A DNA stretch of 64,000 nucleotides, from positions 62,682,001 through 62,746,000 of the forward strand of contig CM060731.1 in NCBI GenBank assembly GCA_030704615.1. The letters are read 5' to 3'. A program made the position numbers and the translations under genes. Each line of letters begins with the position of its first letter. Position 1 is the stretch's first letter. Of this stretch, positions 11,826-22,938 are shown one piece after another. This DNA is from Takakia lepidozioides (Eukaryota; Plantae; Bryophyta). Below the pieces are notes generated by a model. The model ran no database searches. It saw nothing but the letters and a program-made list of their open reading frames with translations, and was not told where the DNA came from.

Positions 11826-11862
11826 GCCCTGAGCGCGGGCGGTCAGGGCGACGACATACTAG
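11826..11862 (+). other. Helitron-like 3' terminus (GC-rich hairpin followed by CTAG)
   Basis: GCCCTGA-GCGCGGGCGG-TCAGGGC hairpin at 11826-11849 and CTAG at 11859-11862. The next base is C rather than the canonical T. Confidence 0.45.
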
Positions 11863-12135
11863 CTAGGGGGGTCGTGGTAAGTTGCGGTGTAGATTGGGCT
11901 CACTGAACCGCCTACCCGGCTGCGGATAGTGCAGGGGGTCCATGGTCGTGTATGATGGAAATGGTCACTATCTAATTCCTACCAGCGAAGAGTGTTAGAG
12001 GGTTGTCTGGGACTTAGACAGTTTTACGGGTTCTATGGGGTACCCTTAATTTTGCGCAGACTTACGGATGGTAATCTCAGACCAACAGAGGCCTTAGGGG
12101 TGAAAGACACAAGCCTTAGGGGTGGTAGGCAGGCT

Positions 12136-12213
12136 CACACAGTCAGTCACAGGCTTACACAGCCTATCACAGTCAGTCACAGCCTTACACAGTCTGTCAC
12201 GGTCTGACACAGC
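12136..12213 (+). repeat. ~10-bp tandem repeat (CACAGCCTTA/CACAGTCAGT type), left half of an array split by the CACTA insertion
   Basis: The same repeat resumes at 27546 immediately after the right TIR and TSD. Confidence 0.85.
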
Positions 12214-13634
12214 CACTAGAAGCATTCGTGTCTTTTTCGAATCGACTGCATGTCCGCGACCACTCCGGGAACCACTTGGTAGTAAACGGGACTACTGGAG
12301 AGTCGAAAAAGACAAAATTTGAAAAAGCCAAAATTGCAAGTGGTTGTAATTACTGCACATGCGACTACAAATTTTCATTCCTAATTCGATTAATGGAATA
12401 AAGATATTTATTCATTAAAGTGAATATGTAGTCGACTCAACGACTCCATGAACCACTGCGCATTCATTGCACCCATGACTCGGCAGCACATTTGCTGACG
12501 TGGCTTTCACAAAAAGAGGTAAACAAAATGTGGCCTTGGGGGAATAGATATTTTAATACATGCTGCCTCCACCTGGCCTGTCTGGCAAGGATGCAAGTGC
12601 TGCGTCGGACATGGCGGGACGTGGGAATGCAAATCCTGACACGGCAAGGCCTTCGTATACTGTGAGCGCGCGTAGTGGCTTCTCAGAACGGTGTGACATC
12701 GGGTTCTTGGTCATTCAACATTTACAGAATGTGCTGGATGGAGGCACGATGGAGCGCACGGAGAGGTAAAGGCTGAAAGCGTTCATTAAGGTTGTGAACT
12801 ACAATTATATCATGCCAAACCAGTTTTTCGGTACGCAGATGGTGTCATGAGAGATTCTGCGATTTGCGCATAGGTAGACTTAATTTTGATGTTGACTTGA
12901 AGGCAAATGTGACACCAGTGAAACTGGAAACTACAGGTAAGATGATGGCGTGCTACATCGCGACATAAACCTGCATTTGACATTCAGGCTTAGGATTCAT
13001 GCAATTTGGTGCTACTCAGGCCTGCACAGTTCCAGAGCAGAAGTGGGAGCCCATCCCAGGGATGGGGACCTCGTAAGTGCTTCTTCATTTTGTACTCACC
13101 TTGTTTTTGCATCGCACTTGTGCTACAAGGGGCAGAGCCATTCATTTGGCTGGGGCAGTACATGTAGCATAAGAGCTCATTCACTGGTGAAGAAGACCAT
13201 GTGCGAACATATGTCATGCTATTGCTTCGAGAGTGCTGCTGTTGGGCAGGTGGGAGAATGGAACAACGGTGAGAAGGAAAGCAAGGGAAGCACAAAAAGG
13301 TGTCGTTTGGTCCTGCTCCTTTGGAGACACCCCCCATTCCACTGGTCTTTGTTCCTGGAAAGCATGCAGATGGGCCAGAAAATGCATGCACACATTCACG
13401 TCTACTTCCCGTACATGAAGACGATCCTCTCCTCACATGTCAGAAACAATATGGGCAGAACAAAAAAAGGTTTGTTCACAAGACAGTCAGTGACCACATA
13501 CCCATACATTATCGATACTATTAACTGTCTCGCCCTTGCTTATAAGCAGGACTGTACAAAATGGGTTCTAAGGACAGTAAGAGTCCTTAGCATAGCTCTC
13601 GTCTATGAGCTGCTGGCTTAATGGACACTGAGAT

Positions 13635-16600
13635 TCAGCTGGGCTCACTATCCGTATCCAAATAATCTTCCCCTTCACTACCCACATCTGCAATTTGCCT
13701 GGCGGTAATTACCAACCCTGGAATGTCTTCCTCATTAAAGGTAACTGCTCCTTCCAAAGAGACTGGTTCGGCCGTATCTGGTAGATTTCGTGGTTCCCTC
13801 AGACCCTCGTGGTCGGCATTCTCCCCTAGGTCCAGATCATGGACGTCGGCAACGACTCGTTTGGCCCGGGGGTCCTTGTGAAGAACCACCTTCCATCCCG
13901 GCGCATGGATGTCATCTGAAAAGAAAACTTGCTCAACTTGCGATGGGAAGATGAATGGCTCTTCATCTTGTGGTAGCATTTTTCTGAAATCAGCAAGGAG
14001 GAACCCGTACTCATCCCGTTTCATGGTGGCATTCTCTCCTACCATATTGGCTTTTACCCAAGAACAACGGAATAGAATTGGCTTCACAAGACCATAGTCT
14101 AGTTTAAGGATCTCTTTGATCACTCCTACATATTGCACATGGCATGAAATTGGATTCCGATCTCGTGCACAGCTCCTACTCTCTTGTTCAAAAAATGATG
14201 CCACTCCGCTGTCATAAGTCACCAGGAGGCTGGTGTTGGCATCGTCCACTCTATAGTGATTGCCATATGCTTTCATTGACCGGTACGAAGTGGCAATCAG
14301 CCCTGGGGGGAATGACAGACTCACCATGCCCTCATCTGGGTCCTCGTTCTCTGATGCGTACACTGCAATTGCAGATCTGACCCACACTGTAAAGGGCTGC
14401 AGCTCCTCCATTGTTGTCGGGTACTCCACCGGGGATCTGCGCCTACGACCGCCCCTCCGCCATGCTTTTGCAAATGCTCTCCGTTCCGTTTTCAGGCGGA
14501 CCTTCTCCGCTGCGTATTTTCTGGCAGAAACCAAATAGAAGCTGCAACTCAGTCCCCCTGACCAACACCGTACTGTACATGCATGCCACATGTAGAGTGT
14601 GTCCTTTCAAGCACATTGTAGTGATGCAGCCTACTTCATGATCACTTGCAAGCAACAACACCAACTACGAAACACCCTCTGTTGTCGTCTGAAGCACCCT
14701 GTTAGTACACGATCCCACTCCCATAGTGGCCGGAATGACTTGTGACAATATATATGTAATTCATGCATACAAAGACCATTAAGAATAGCACAGGAGGGAT
14801 GTAAAGTTTACACCCACTGTCTCCATGGTGTCATGGTTGTTGTGTTGTTCAGCACATAATCATGTGCCACATCCCGAAGGCGCGGGCTCATGGCACGCTT
14901 TGTTCCACCACCTTCTAGGACCTCGCCTACAACTCCTTCTTCCTCGTTCTCGTCCCACACCCGTCGTTGTATTGCATCAAATGAAGACATATACTCTGTC
15001 ATGAAGCCCAGGGCTTCGTCGCGGATGTAGCCCTCCGCCATACTCCCCTCTGGCCGTGCCATGTTGCGTACATACCCCTTCAGATCCTTCATGTACCTCT
15101 CCATGGGGTACATCCAACGGCTGGCTACGGGCCCACACACATGCAGCTCCTCTACAAGATGCACTAGCAAGTGCGTCATGACGTCAAAGAATGATGGAGG
15201 GAATTCTTTCTCCAGCAAACATAGGGTCACAGCCACATCCTCATGCAGCGATGTAATGTCCCTCGGATCCCACACCTTCGCACAAATCTTCCTAAACACT
15301 CGACTTACACGCATTATGGCTGTTCGAGGACCCGACGCCATCGTACCCCGAATGCACACTGGCAAAATCTGCTGCATCATCACGTGTAGATCATGTGACT
15401 TCATCCCCGACCATTTCTTGTTTATGGCATGCTTTTGGAAAGCACCCGAGAATCCGGTTGGCACTTTCATGGCTCCCAATGTCTTCAAAAATTCCTCTTG
15501 CTCTGATTTGGTCAGGACGTATGATGCTGCTGGCATGAGCACTTTGCCTGGTCTATTTGGATCAGGCCTTAGCCACAGATGTGACCGTATCCCTTCAATC
15601 TCCATGTCCTTTCGTACGTTTATCGTATCCTTCTCCCCAAAGATAGTCTTCAGAATGTTCTCGCAGAAGTTCTTCTCACAATGCATGGGGTCCAGGAGGT
15701 ACCGCTGCAAGAGGTTCTGAAATGCCAAATGTCCTCCCATGAGACCAAGTTCTATGGGCAAAAATAGTAGAATATGTGGCAGAAGTTGTCCATGTTACTA
15801 CATTCTGCTTTCAACAACTGCACGATCCTCTACACAGTGAGGTGTACGACTTCAACATCTACTGCATAGTAGTTACACTGACTTAGGAGTTGGTGGAAGG
15901 ACTCCTGACAGTAAAGGTAATTCCAGGAAGCACAATGTGAAAGAAAGTGAGTGAATGGGGGGGGGGGATTCATGCACCTTCCAGTATGGCAAATCCCAAA
16001 GGATTGTCCGGCGCTTCACCCCGTGCGACATGGCTGGATCCGCACTACTTCCTTCTCTCCCTCCAATCTCCATGAACGCCTCTTTCTCCTTTGCAAATTG
16101 CAATGTCTCCTCCGGTGTCACAGCATTTGGTGCCATTCTCTTTTCAACACATCCATTGAAGTGCCGGCCTGCTCGTCGGTAGGGGTGGTTTCTTGCAAGG
16201 TAACGTCGATGCCCCATGTATATTGTCTTCCCTAATGGCTTTGAGTGCCGTGAATCCACATAGGGCCCACAAATGGGGCACCCTTTGTAGCCCTTCGTCT
16301 TGCAACCCGCAACAAGGCCATATGCGGGGAAATCGTGGATTGACCACATGAGTATGGCACGGAGGGTGAAACTCCGTTGCCCTACTGGTTTCAAAATGTC
16401 GTAAGCTTCAACTCCAATCCATAGTTCCTGTAGCTCTTCAATCAATGGTTGCAAATACACATCTATGTTTGCATTTGTCACGGACTCCTTGCCTGGAATC
16501 AAGAGAGACAACATGACAAAGAATTTCTTTGTTGTCAACCATGGTGGCAGGTTGTATGCCACCAACTGCACGGGCCATGTGGACCATGTGCAACTCTTTG

Positions 16601-17708
16601 ATCCGTATGGGTTTACTCCATCCGTAGATACAGCCAATCGCACATTGCGTGGGTCCTCGGCGAAATCGGGCCAAGTTGCATCTATATGCTTCCATGCAAG
16701 GGAATCTGGGACATGCCTTACCAAACCATCGTTTGAGGCATTCCTGGAATGCCAAGTCATGAGCTCACTAATGGTCTTGCATTTGTACATTCGTAATAGA
16801 CGGGGGATAAGGGGAAAGTGCCTCAACACCTTGGCTGGCTGTTGTAACCTGCCCACATCATGGTATCGGGCTGCACCGCATTTGGGGCACTCCATAGCGT
16901 CCTTGTACTCTCTTCTGAAAAGTACATGTCCTTTTGGACATGCATGTATTTTCACGTAGTTGAGGCCGAGCTTCCCAATCATTTTGTTGGCCATGTGACA
17001 GCTTTTTGGCATTTCATTTGGTTGTGGAAGCAAGTTCAGCCGAAGCAAAGAGAACAACTCGTCCACAAAATGGTCTGACACACCGTGGGTTGTGCACAGG
17101 TTCATCAACAGCATGCTGGCAGCAAGCTTTGTGGATTTGCATCCCTCGTACAGTGGCACACATGCTTCTTCTAGTGTCATGTGTGCAGAATTCTCATTTC
17201 CATCTCCACCTCCTTCCACGCCTTCCCCCACGTGAATGCCTTCATTTCCTGCGTCATCACCATCCCCAGTTGTCGCAGCGCCGTCCCCCTCTTCAGCATC
17301 GTCCATGATGTGGAATGCTTCCTGCAACATTCGAGTAATCTCCACCCCTCCGTCCATGCCTGGTTCCTGTCCTGCGCCCATGACATAGTCCTCGTCTGGC
17401 CTGTCTGTATGGCTCCCTCGGGGGTGTGCATTGTCCAATTGTGCCCACTCCTCATCGTCTTCGTCTGCAGGTCCATCTCCAATCCACACCCGAAATGCTT
17501 CATGTCTTTTGTGGTGAAGGAGATGTGTGCGCACACCGTCCTCAGATCTACTTGTAGTGCCCAAACAACGTTCACATGGGCATGGCATCCTTGAAAGCCC
17601 AAGGGCTCGGGCACGTGCCACTTCTCTTTCCCACAACCTGTCATCCCGGTTGTTCTGTCTACAGGGGTGATTAATTGGAAGTCCTCCGCATGGGCGAGGG
17701 GAACTCAT
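13635..17708 (-). CDS. CACTA TnpD/Tnp2-type transposase, three exons, apparently intact (~1171 aa)
   Basis: Exons 17708-15978, 15716-14818 and 14520-13635 splice in frame (3516 nt). Motifs: CPCERC, IHACPKGH..CPKC, STDGVNPY..STWPV..YNLPPW, DPMHCEKN, GMKSHDLHV, RWMYPMER, DEPFIFPSQVEQVFF (Transposase_21, DUF4218, DUF4216-type). Confidence 0.93.
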
Positions 17709-18284
17709 TTTTGTTGGGGAACTCAAGACAGACAGGAGAGAGAAGTGGGTCTATGGGCATATCAGAATTACAAGAGCACACCAAAAGACTGGAGATTTGT
17801 TCCATCTATGCACCTTCGGTACAGATGGTGAAGAGAGGCAAAGGCCGTGTGGGGAAGTACATACATCAACTCCCCCAACTGCACGAACTATTGGGCCCCT
17901 TGTTCTCTTCCATGGTATGCTCTGCCCCAATCCAAACACCCTGAATTCTCCATTGTTGCTACTGCAGCCTGCTTTCATTCACATCAACAGCATGTCAAGG
18001 GCGTCACAAGAACTTCCTATAGGAAATGTGACAGTTTATGGGAGAGGAGATATGTCAATCATATCTTCATTTACCAGGAAAGATGATAACCCCATCCCCA
18101 CCTCACAGCCAACAATCTCCACGACGCCAGACTTTCATATGTCAGCATGCACCTGTTTTGACCTTCTGGCAGGCTGGCCCACACCTTCGAAGTAACACAA
18201 ACGGATATGACCTGGTCAAATTTCCCCTTTTCAGCCTCAACGACACTCCCTGTGCCCAGCTGTAGAAGAGGGCAAGCAGGTCTT

Positions 18285-18865
18285 CGGATATTCTCAGCAA
18301 GGGCATGGCAAAGATGCTCTGCAACTTTTCAACCAAGTTTTGAAACAGCAAGGGGTGAAGCCAAATGATGTTACACTCATTGCAGTTCTGTCTGCATGCA
18401 GCCATATGGGCCTAGTAGATGAAGGACAACACTATTTCCATTCTATGAGTAGAGATTATAGATTGTACTCATAAGACGTTGTATGCCGTAGCCTTGTGGC
18501 CATTGACCCTGCGCCCAGTTTGAGCGGGAACAAAAGGAACAGAACCTACCTCCGTCAGGGGCTGACGGTGGTAGTAAGACTTACCATCATATAAGGAATT
18601 AATCCGGGTTTTCCAGATATCCTCTAGAAAACCCTTCACACAAGCATCAATCTGCTGTGTGTGATAATAGAATCATTCCAACAGGAAAACATTTTGGCTG
18701 CATGGTTGACCTTCTTGGCCGTGCAGGGCGCTTGGATGAGGCGGAGAATTTCATCAACAGAATGCCAATTAAACCAGATGCTTTAGTGTGGGGCTTTACT
18801 TGGTGCCTGCAGAATACATGGCAATGTGAAGCTAGCAGAGCGTGCTGCAGAATGTTGTCTCAAAG
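18285..18865 (+). pseudogene. Captured PLS-PPR fragment (P2-L2-S2-E region) inside the CACTA, interrupted by a LINE 3' end
   Basis: GYSQQGHGKDALQLF..VKPNDVTLIAVLSACSHMGLVDEGQHYFHSM / [40 protein letters not shown], with a frameshift. Confidence 0.88.
18463..18662 (-). mobile_element. 5'-truncated copy of LINE family B (3' end only)
   Basis: Its reverse complement matches 22368-22470 and 47085-47285. Imperfect flanking duplication GATTATAGA/GATAATAGA. Confidence 0.8.
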
Positions 18866-20194
18866 GTGAAAAGTTTCAGATGCAGACATACGGTGTGACA
18901 TTTCTGGTAGTCAGTGAAGGACCGAAAGTGAGGAAAGAGATATGTGTATCACGTCTGTGGGATTCCTAAAGGGCCACAAGGAGTAGAACAACAAACAAAT
19001 AACCATAGAAGGGCCCACAAAGAGTCAGAGAACTACTCAAGGCTAATATCGGTTCATTGTTGCAACTGGCCCCACCATCTGACCTTGAATTTATGTCGTC
19101 GGGAGCTTAAGGAACGAATGCCAAACTCGCCCCGAACAGCCACATTGGCTGTTTTGGAGCATGCTGACATGCACATGAAAACCGTGTCAAGGGCTTGGTG
19201 TCAATTGTGCTAAGAGATCAGCTAGTGAGTCGAGGTAACCCTCCCCGTGATTGTGAAAAAGAAGACATACCGAGTCATTTTCTTATCCAAGCATATATTA
19301 ACCATGATAGATGAGACCTTTAGTTTTTGGATGGATAATAGACAAGGCCGCTTTTAAGGACATTGACCATCCTACCAGGACTACCTCTCATTTGCTTGAA
19401 GCCTGGACCGCAATAAGACATTGAGGATATGAACTGTTCAAGCATTACAAAAAATGAAAGAAACAAAGAAACTGTATGATGTCCACTGGAGATTACAGAA
19501 CAAGCCTGCATAACAGGCCAACCAAATGTCAGTTGTGTGAATCACTACATCTAGTTGTCTGGAGGACTGTAAGTGGTTTAGGGTTTAACGTCTCAAAGTC
19601 GAAAAGGCCATAGTGTCGGATGCACGACACGTGTTCATATTTGAAATCAACAACGGCCGGATCTTCACCTTGAGCTCGGGGGGTGTGTGATCACACTCCC
19701 CTCCTTGTCCTTCTTTCCTCCTTTGCATGTCTTGGTCTTCCTCGCTCGTCTTTGTCTTGCTCATGGTCTATGTCCTCGCTCGTCTTCATCTTTGTCATGG
19801 TCTATGTCCACGCCTAGTAAGAAGCGGTCGACCGCCGAGGCAGCATCACCTCCTCCCACTTGTGCACATTCCAGCCCCGCGGTGCGAAGGAGCCCCCGCC
19901 TGGCTCGACTGAATCTGGTACAGATGGCGTCGGTGCGAGAGGGAAGGCAGAGCAGTGGGCGGTCTTCCAGTTTGGATTTTGACACAAGCGACTATAGCAT
20001 GGGCGACGACGATGAGGTGGAGGACAGTTCGGCGGAAATTGCACCTCCATCTGCAGAGTCTCTCCAAAAGGTGCGCAAACGGCACAAACCCGCTGCGCAT
20101 GAGGTGAGTTCTACCCCTACTTCTGTTCATGTTCTATGGGCGTTGAGTTCTCCTGAAACTGAAACTGGGATGCACATATCCATAAAGTTGTTCA

Positions 20195-21305
20195 ATCGGA
20201 TCTCGTAGTATAGAGGGCAGTAGAAGAAGAAGTGTTCTTCAGTTTCAATTTCCTTGCTGCGCCCTATGCAAGCTGGACATAGGCGGTCCTCCCGTTGCAG
20301 GTTTTCCCATCTGCCAGTCTCTATCCGTAGGTTGTGGGAACCCACCCTGAACTGCCCCAATGCCCTCAGGAGGGAAGGAGCTAAGGGTGCTGAAAGGTAA
20401 TTTGGTCTCAAGATTCTATCATCGCGGAGCACCAAGAATGTCTCTCGATAGAAGTGGAGCTTTGTTGTGAGATTGGGTAGCATCCAAGTTCTCTTCACAT
20501 GTAATTCCATAAGCTCTCTCCGAATGAGTCTGTTGCGGTCATGTGTGGATGTGATGTCCACCTCATCTGGGTTCATTGGTAATAGGAAAGTAGTAGAAAG
20601 TCCGTTACGTTGAAATAAACTGTCCACTCGAGCATACCAGGAGTTCCCGAAACCTGCAGCTTTGAGCCTCATAGATGTTGTGAGGGCCCTTGCCACTAGC
20701 CCTTTGGGTGGAAGGGCCTGCAATCTATTCCTCACAGATTGTAAGCCTGAACTGTGCCTCGGATTGCAATGGTACACATGCGAACTCTGCACCTAGGATC
20801 TGAGAGGGAGTTGTGCTCCTGGCGCCAAGCATTGCTTGGAGAAAAGATGACTGTAATGGTTCCAAAATCTTTTCCCACCAGGAGACAGGGACACCAGGTG
20901 CCCAGAACTCACAACCATAGATGGTAGCAGGGCTGACGACGGTGTCAAACAGACACTTTTTGGTCGGGGGATGCCGCACATGTATTTGCTTGCATTTGGC
21001 GTGAAGGCGGACGGAGGCCGCCTTACCTTTAGTCAATCTGTCCAAGGCAGTGGCTGCAAAGTGAAACTTGGGGGAGTGGATAACCAGACCTAGGTACCGG
21101 TATGATTTGACAATCTCAATTTCCTGCTGGTTGAAGATGAATCTACGATCAGCCTGGCCATTGAAGACCATGATCTTGGTCTTGCTAAGATTGACTTGCA
21201 TCCCATAGTCTTTGCAGAACTGTTCCAAAATTTAGAGATGGCGTTGCAGAAAGACCGGGGATTGTGCCAAAAGGGCAACATCATCAGCGTAGAGGAGATG
21301 TGATT
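20195..21305 (-). mobile_element. Non-LTR retrotransposon fragment, family A (RT C-terminus; RTEX/RTE-like, clade uncertain)
   Basis: LLYADDVALL, VNLSKTKIMVF, YRYLGL, FRVGSHNLRIETGRW, CPAC..ETEEHFFFYC. Contains a stop and a frameshift. Confidence 0.85.
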
Positions 21306-21329
21306 GGGCAGAAAATGAAGTTAGGCAGA

Positions 21330-22470
21330 AATGTGCAGTGGTAGCAATCAACGACAGAGGAGAGGGAGGAAGTGATCTTAAGTGGCAGTGGGGTAGCCAA
21401 GAGATCCCGGTCCTCCCTTCCTACACTTACCTAGGCGTTGAGTTTTCCTCCAATTGTAATTGGGATGCACATATACGGAAAGTTGTTCAAACTGGCAAGG
21501 GCAAAGCTCTGGGGCTCACTAAATTTTTCCACTGCAGAGGGGTCATCTCTGAGGTTAAGAAAACCATGCTTTGTCGCGTTATTAGACCTGCCTTGGAGTA
21601 CGGATCTGCTATATGGGTTGATAACTCCAACCAGGCTAAGTCTCTAGAATCCATTCAAGTGGGGGTGCTTAAGGAGTGTATGTCAGCATGGAGAAAACAG
21701 CCAATGTGGCTGTTCGGGGGTGAGTTTGGCATCCCATCCTTAAGCTCCCGACGAGATGAATTCAAGGTCAGATGGTGGGGTCAGCTGCAACATATGCCCA
21801 ACACCAGATATCCTAAGTTGATCGACTCTAAATCTTGGAAACAGGACCGCCCTGTCAAACAGACTAAGTCCTGGCAGAAGAGAGTAGAAAAGATTCTCAA
21901 GGACCTGGACCTGGATCCGCAAGTCTTGACCCTGCTGGATAAATCTGCCTTAGAGGCTGTAGTGTCTGAAGCCATGTCTGTTGCCATGAGATTGTCTGAT
22001 GAAAATGAAGTTAGGCAGAGAACTTCCCTGAACTTGTTTCCAGTCAGTGACATGGGGGTGGACATCTTGGATGACCTGAAGGGTCCACCCACTCTCGGCA
22101 CTAGACTGAAATTTAAACTCAGGGCAGGAAGCCTACCTTTGAACAGCAAACAGAAGCAGATCGGAAAGGGAGAGTGCAATTGTCCGTTGTGTGGGCAATC
22201 TGAAGACAGTATTCATTTTCTGATACGCTGTCCGGGGTTCTCTCACCAAAGAGACGCTCTCTTCAATTCTATCAAGGGAATTGTGCCTGTACCCCTGTTT
22301 ACCAACTTTGAAAGACTCGAGGCTGAGCCAAAAGCCCAGGCCCTCCTGAGGCCTAGTTTTTGGGCAAATCACACACAGCAGATTGATGCTTGTGTGAAGG
22401 GATTTCTAGAGGATATCTGGAAAACCCGGATCAATGCTTTATACGAAGGTAAGTCTTACTACCAACGTCA
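21330..22470 (+). mobile_element. Non-LTR retrotransposon fragment, family B (RT thumb + C-terminal CCHC finger)
   Basis: YTYLGVEF, IRPALEYGSAIW, KFKLRAGSLPL, CPLCGQSEDSIHFLIRCP. Confidence 0.85.
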
Positions 22471-22938
22471 TAGGGTCATTGTCTGACTCACTGCCCGGGG
22501 TGCTATCACCATACAGACCACCGGATATCCAAGCTATCAATTGAATTGTGTCTGCACCTGTGTTTACAAACATTGAGAGTCTTTAGGCCTTTTGGGGCTC
22601 CGATGCTGGGCTCCGCCATACAGCCATTTGCTGATTGTGTGAATAGATGTCCACTCCCTATGTGCAAAACCCAGATGGATGTTCTGTTTCCTGGTAAGTG
22701 TGTATGATGGTACTGATGTGAACCCGCCCACATTATGTTTCTTCACCAATGAATGGCCTTACATGTTATGAGGACATTCTGTCCCTCTCCTTTTCAGTTT
22801 TTGGCACTTGCGCTGCAGGGGAGTGGGTTTGAGGTCAGCCAATCCATAGTTGTGGTTGTGGGATCGTTTGTGCTCTGGTGACGTTGTGTTCAGTAGGACT
22901 ACAGCTGATGCACCTTGTGTGTGGGATGTTTTTGGCAG

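Noticed and set aside
12950-13621. 223-aa plus-strand ORF near the CACTA left end
   Set aside because: No recognisable motif; it lies antisense in the TnpD 3' region and is likely spurious.
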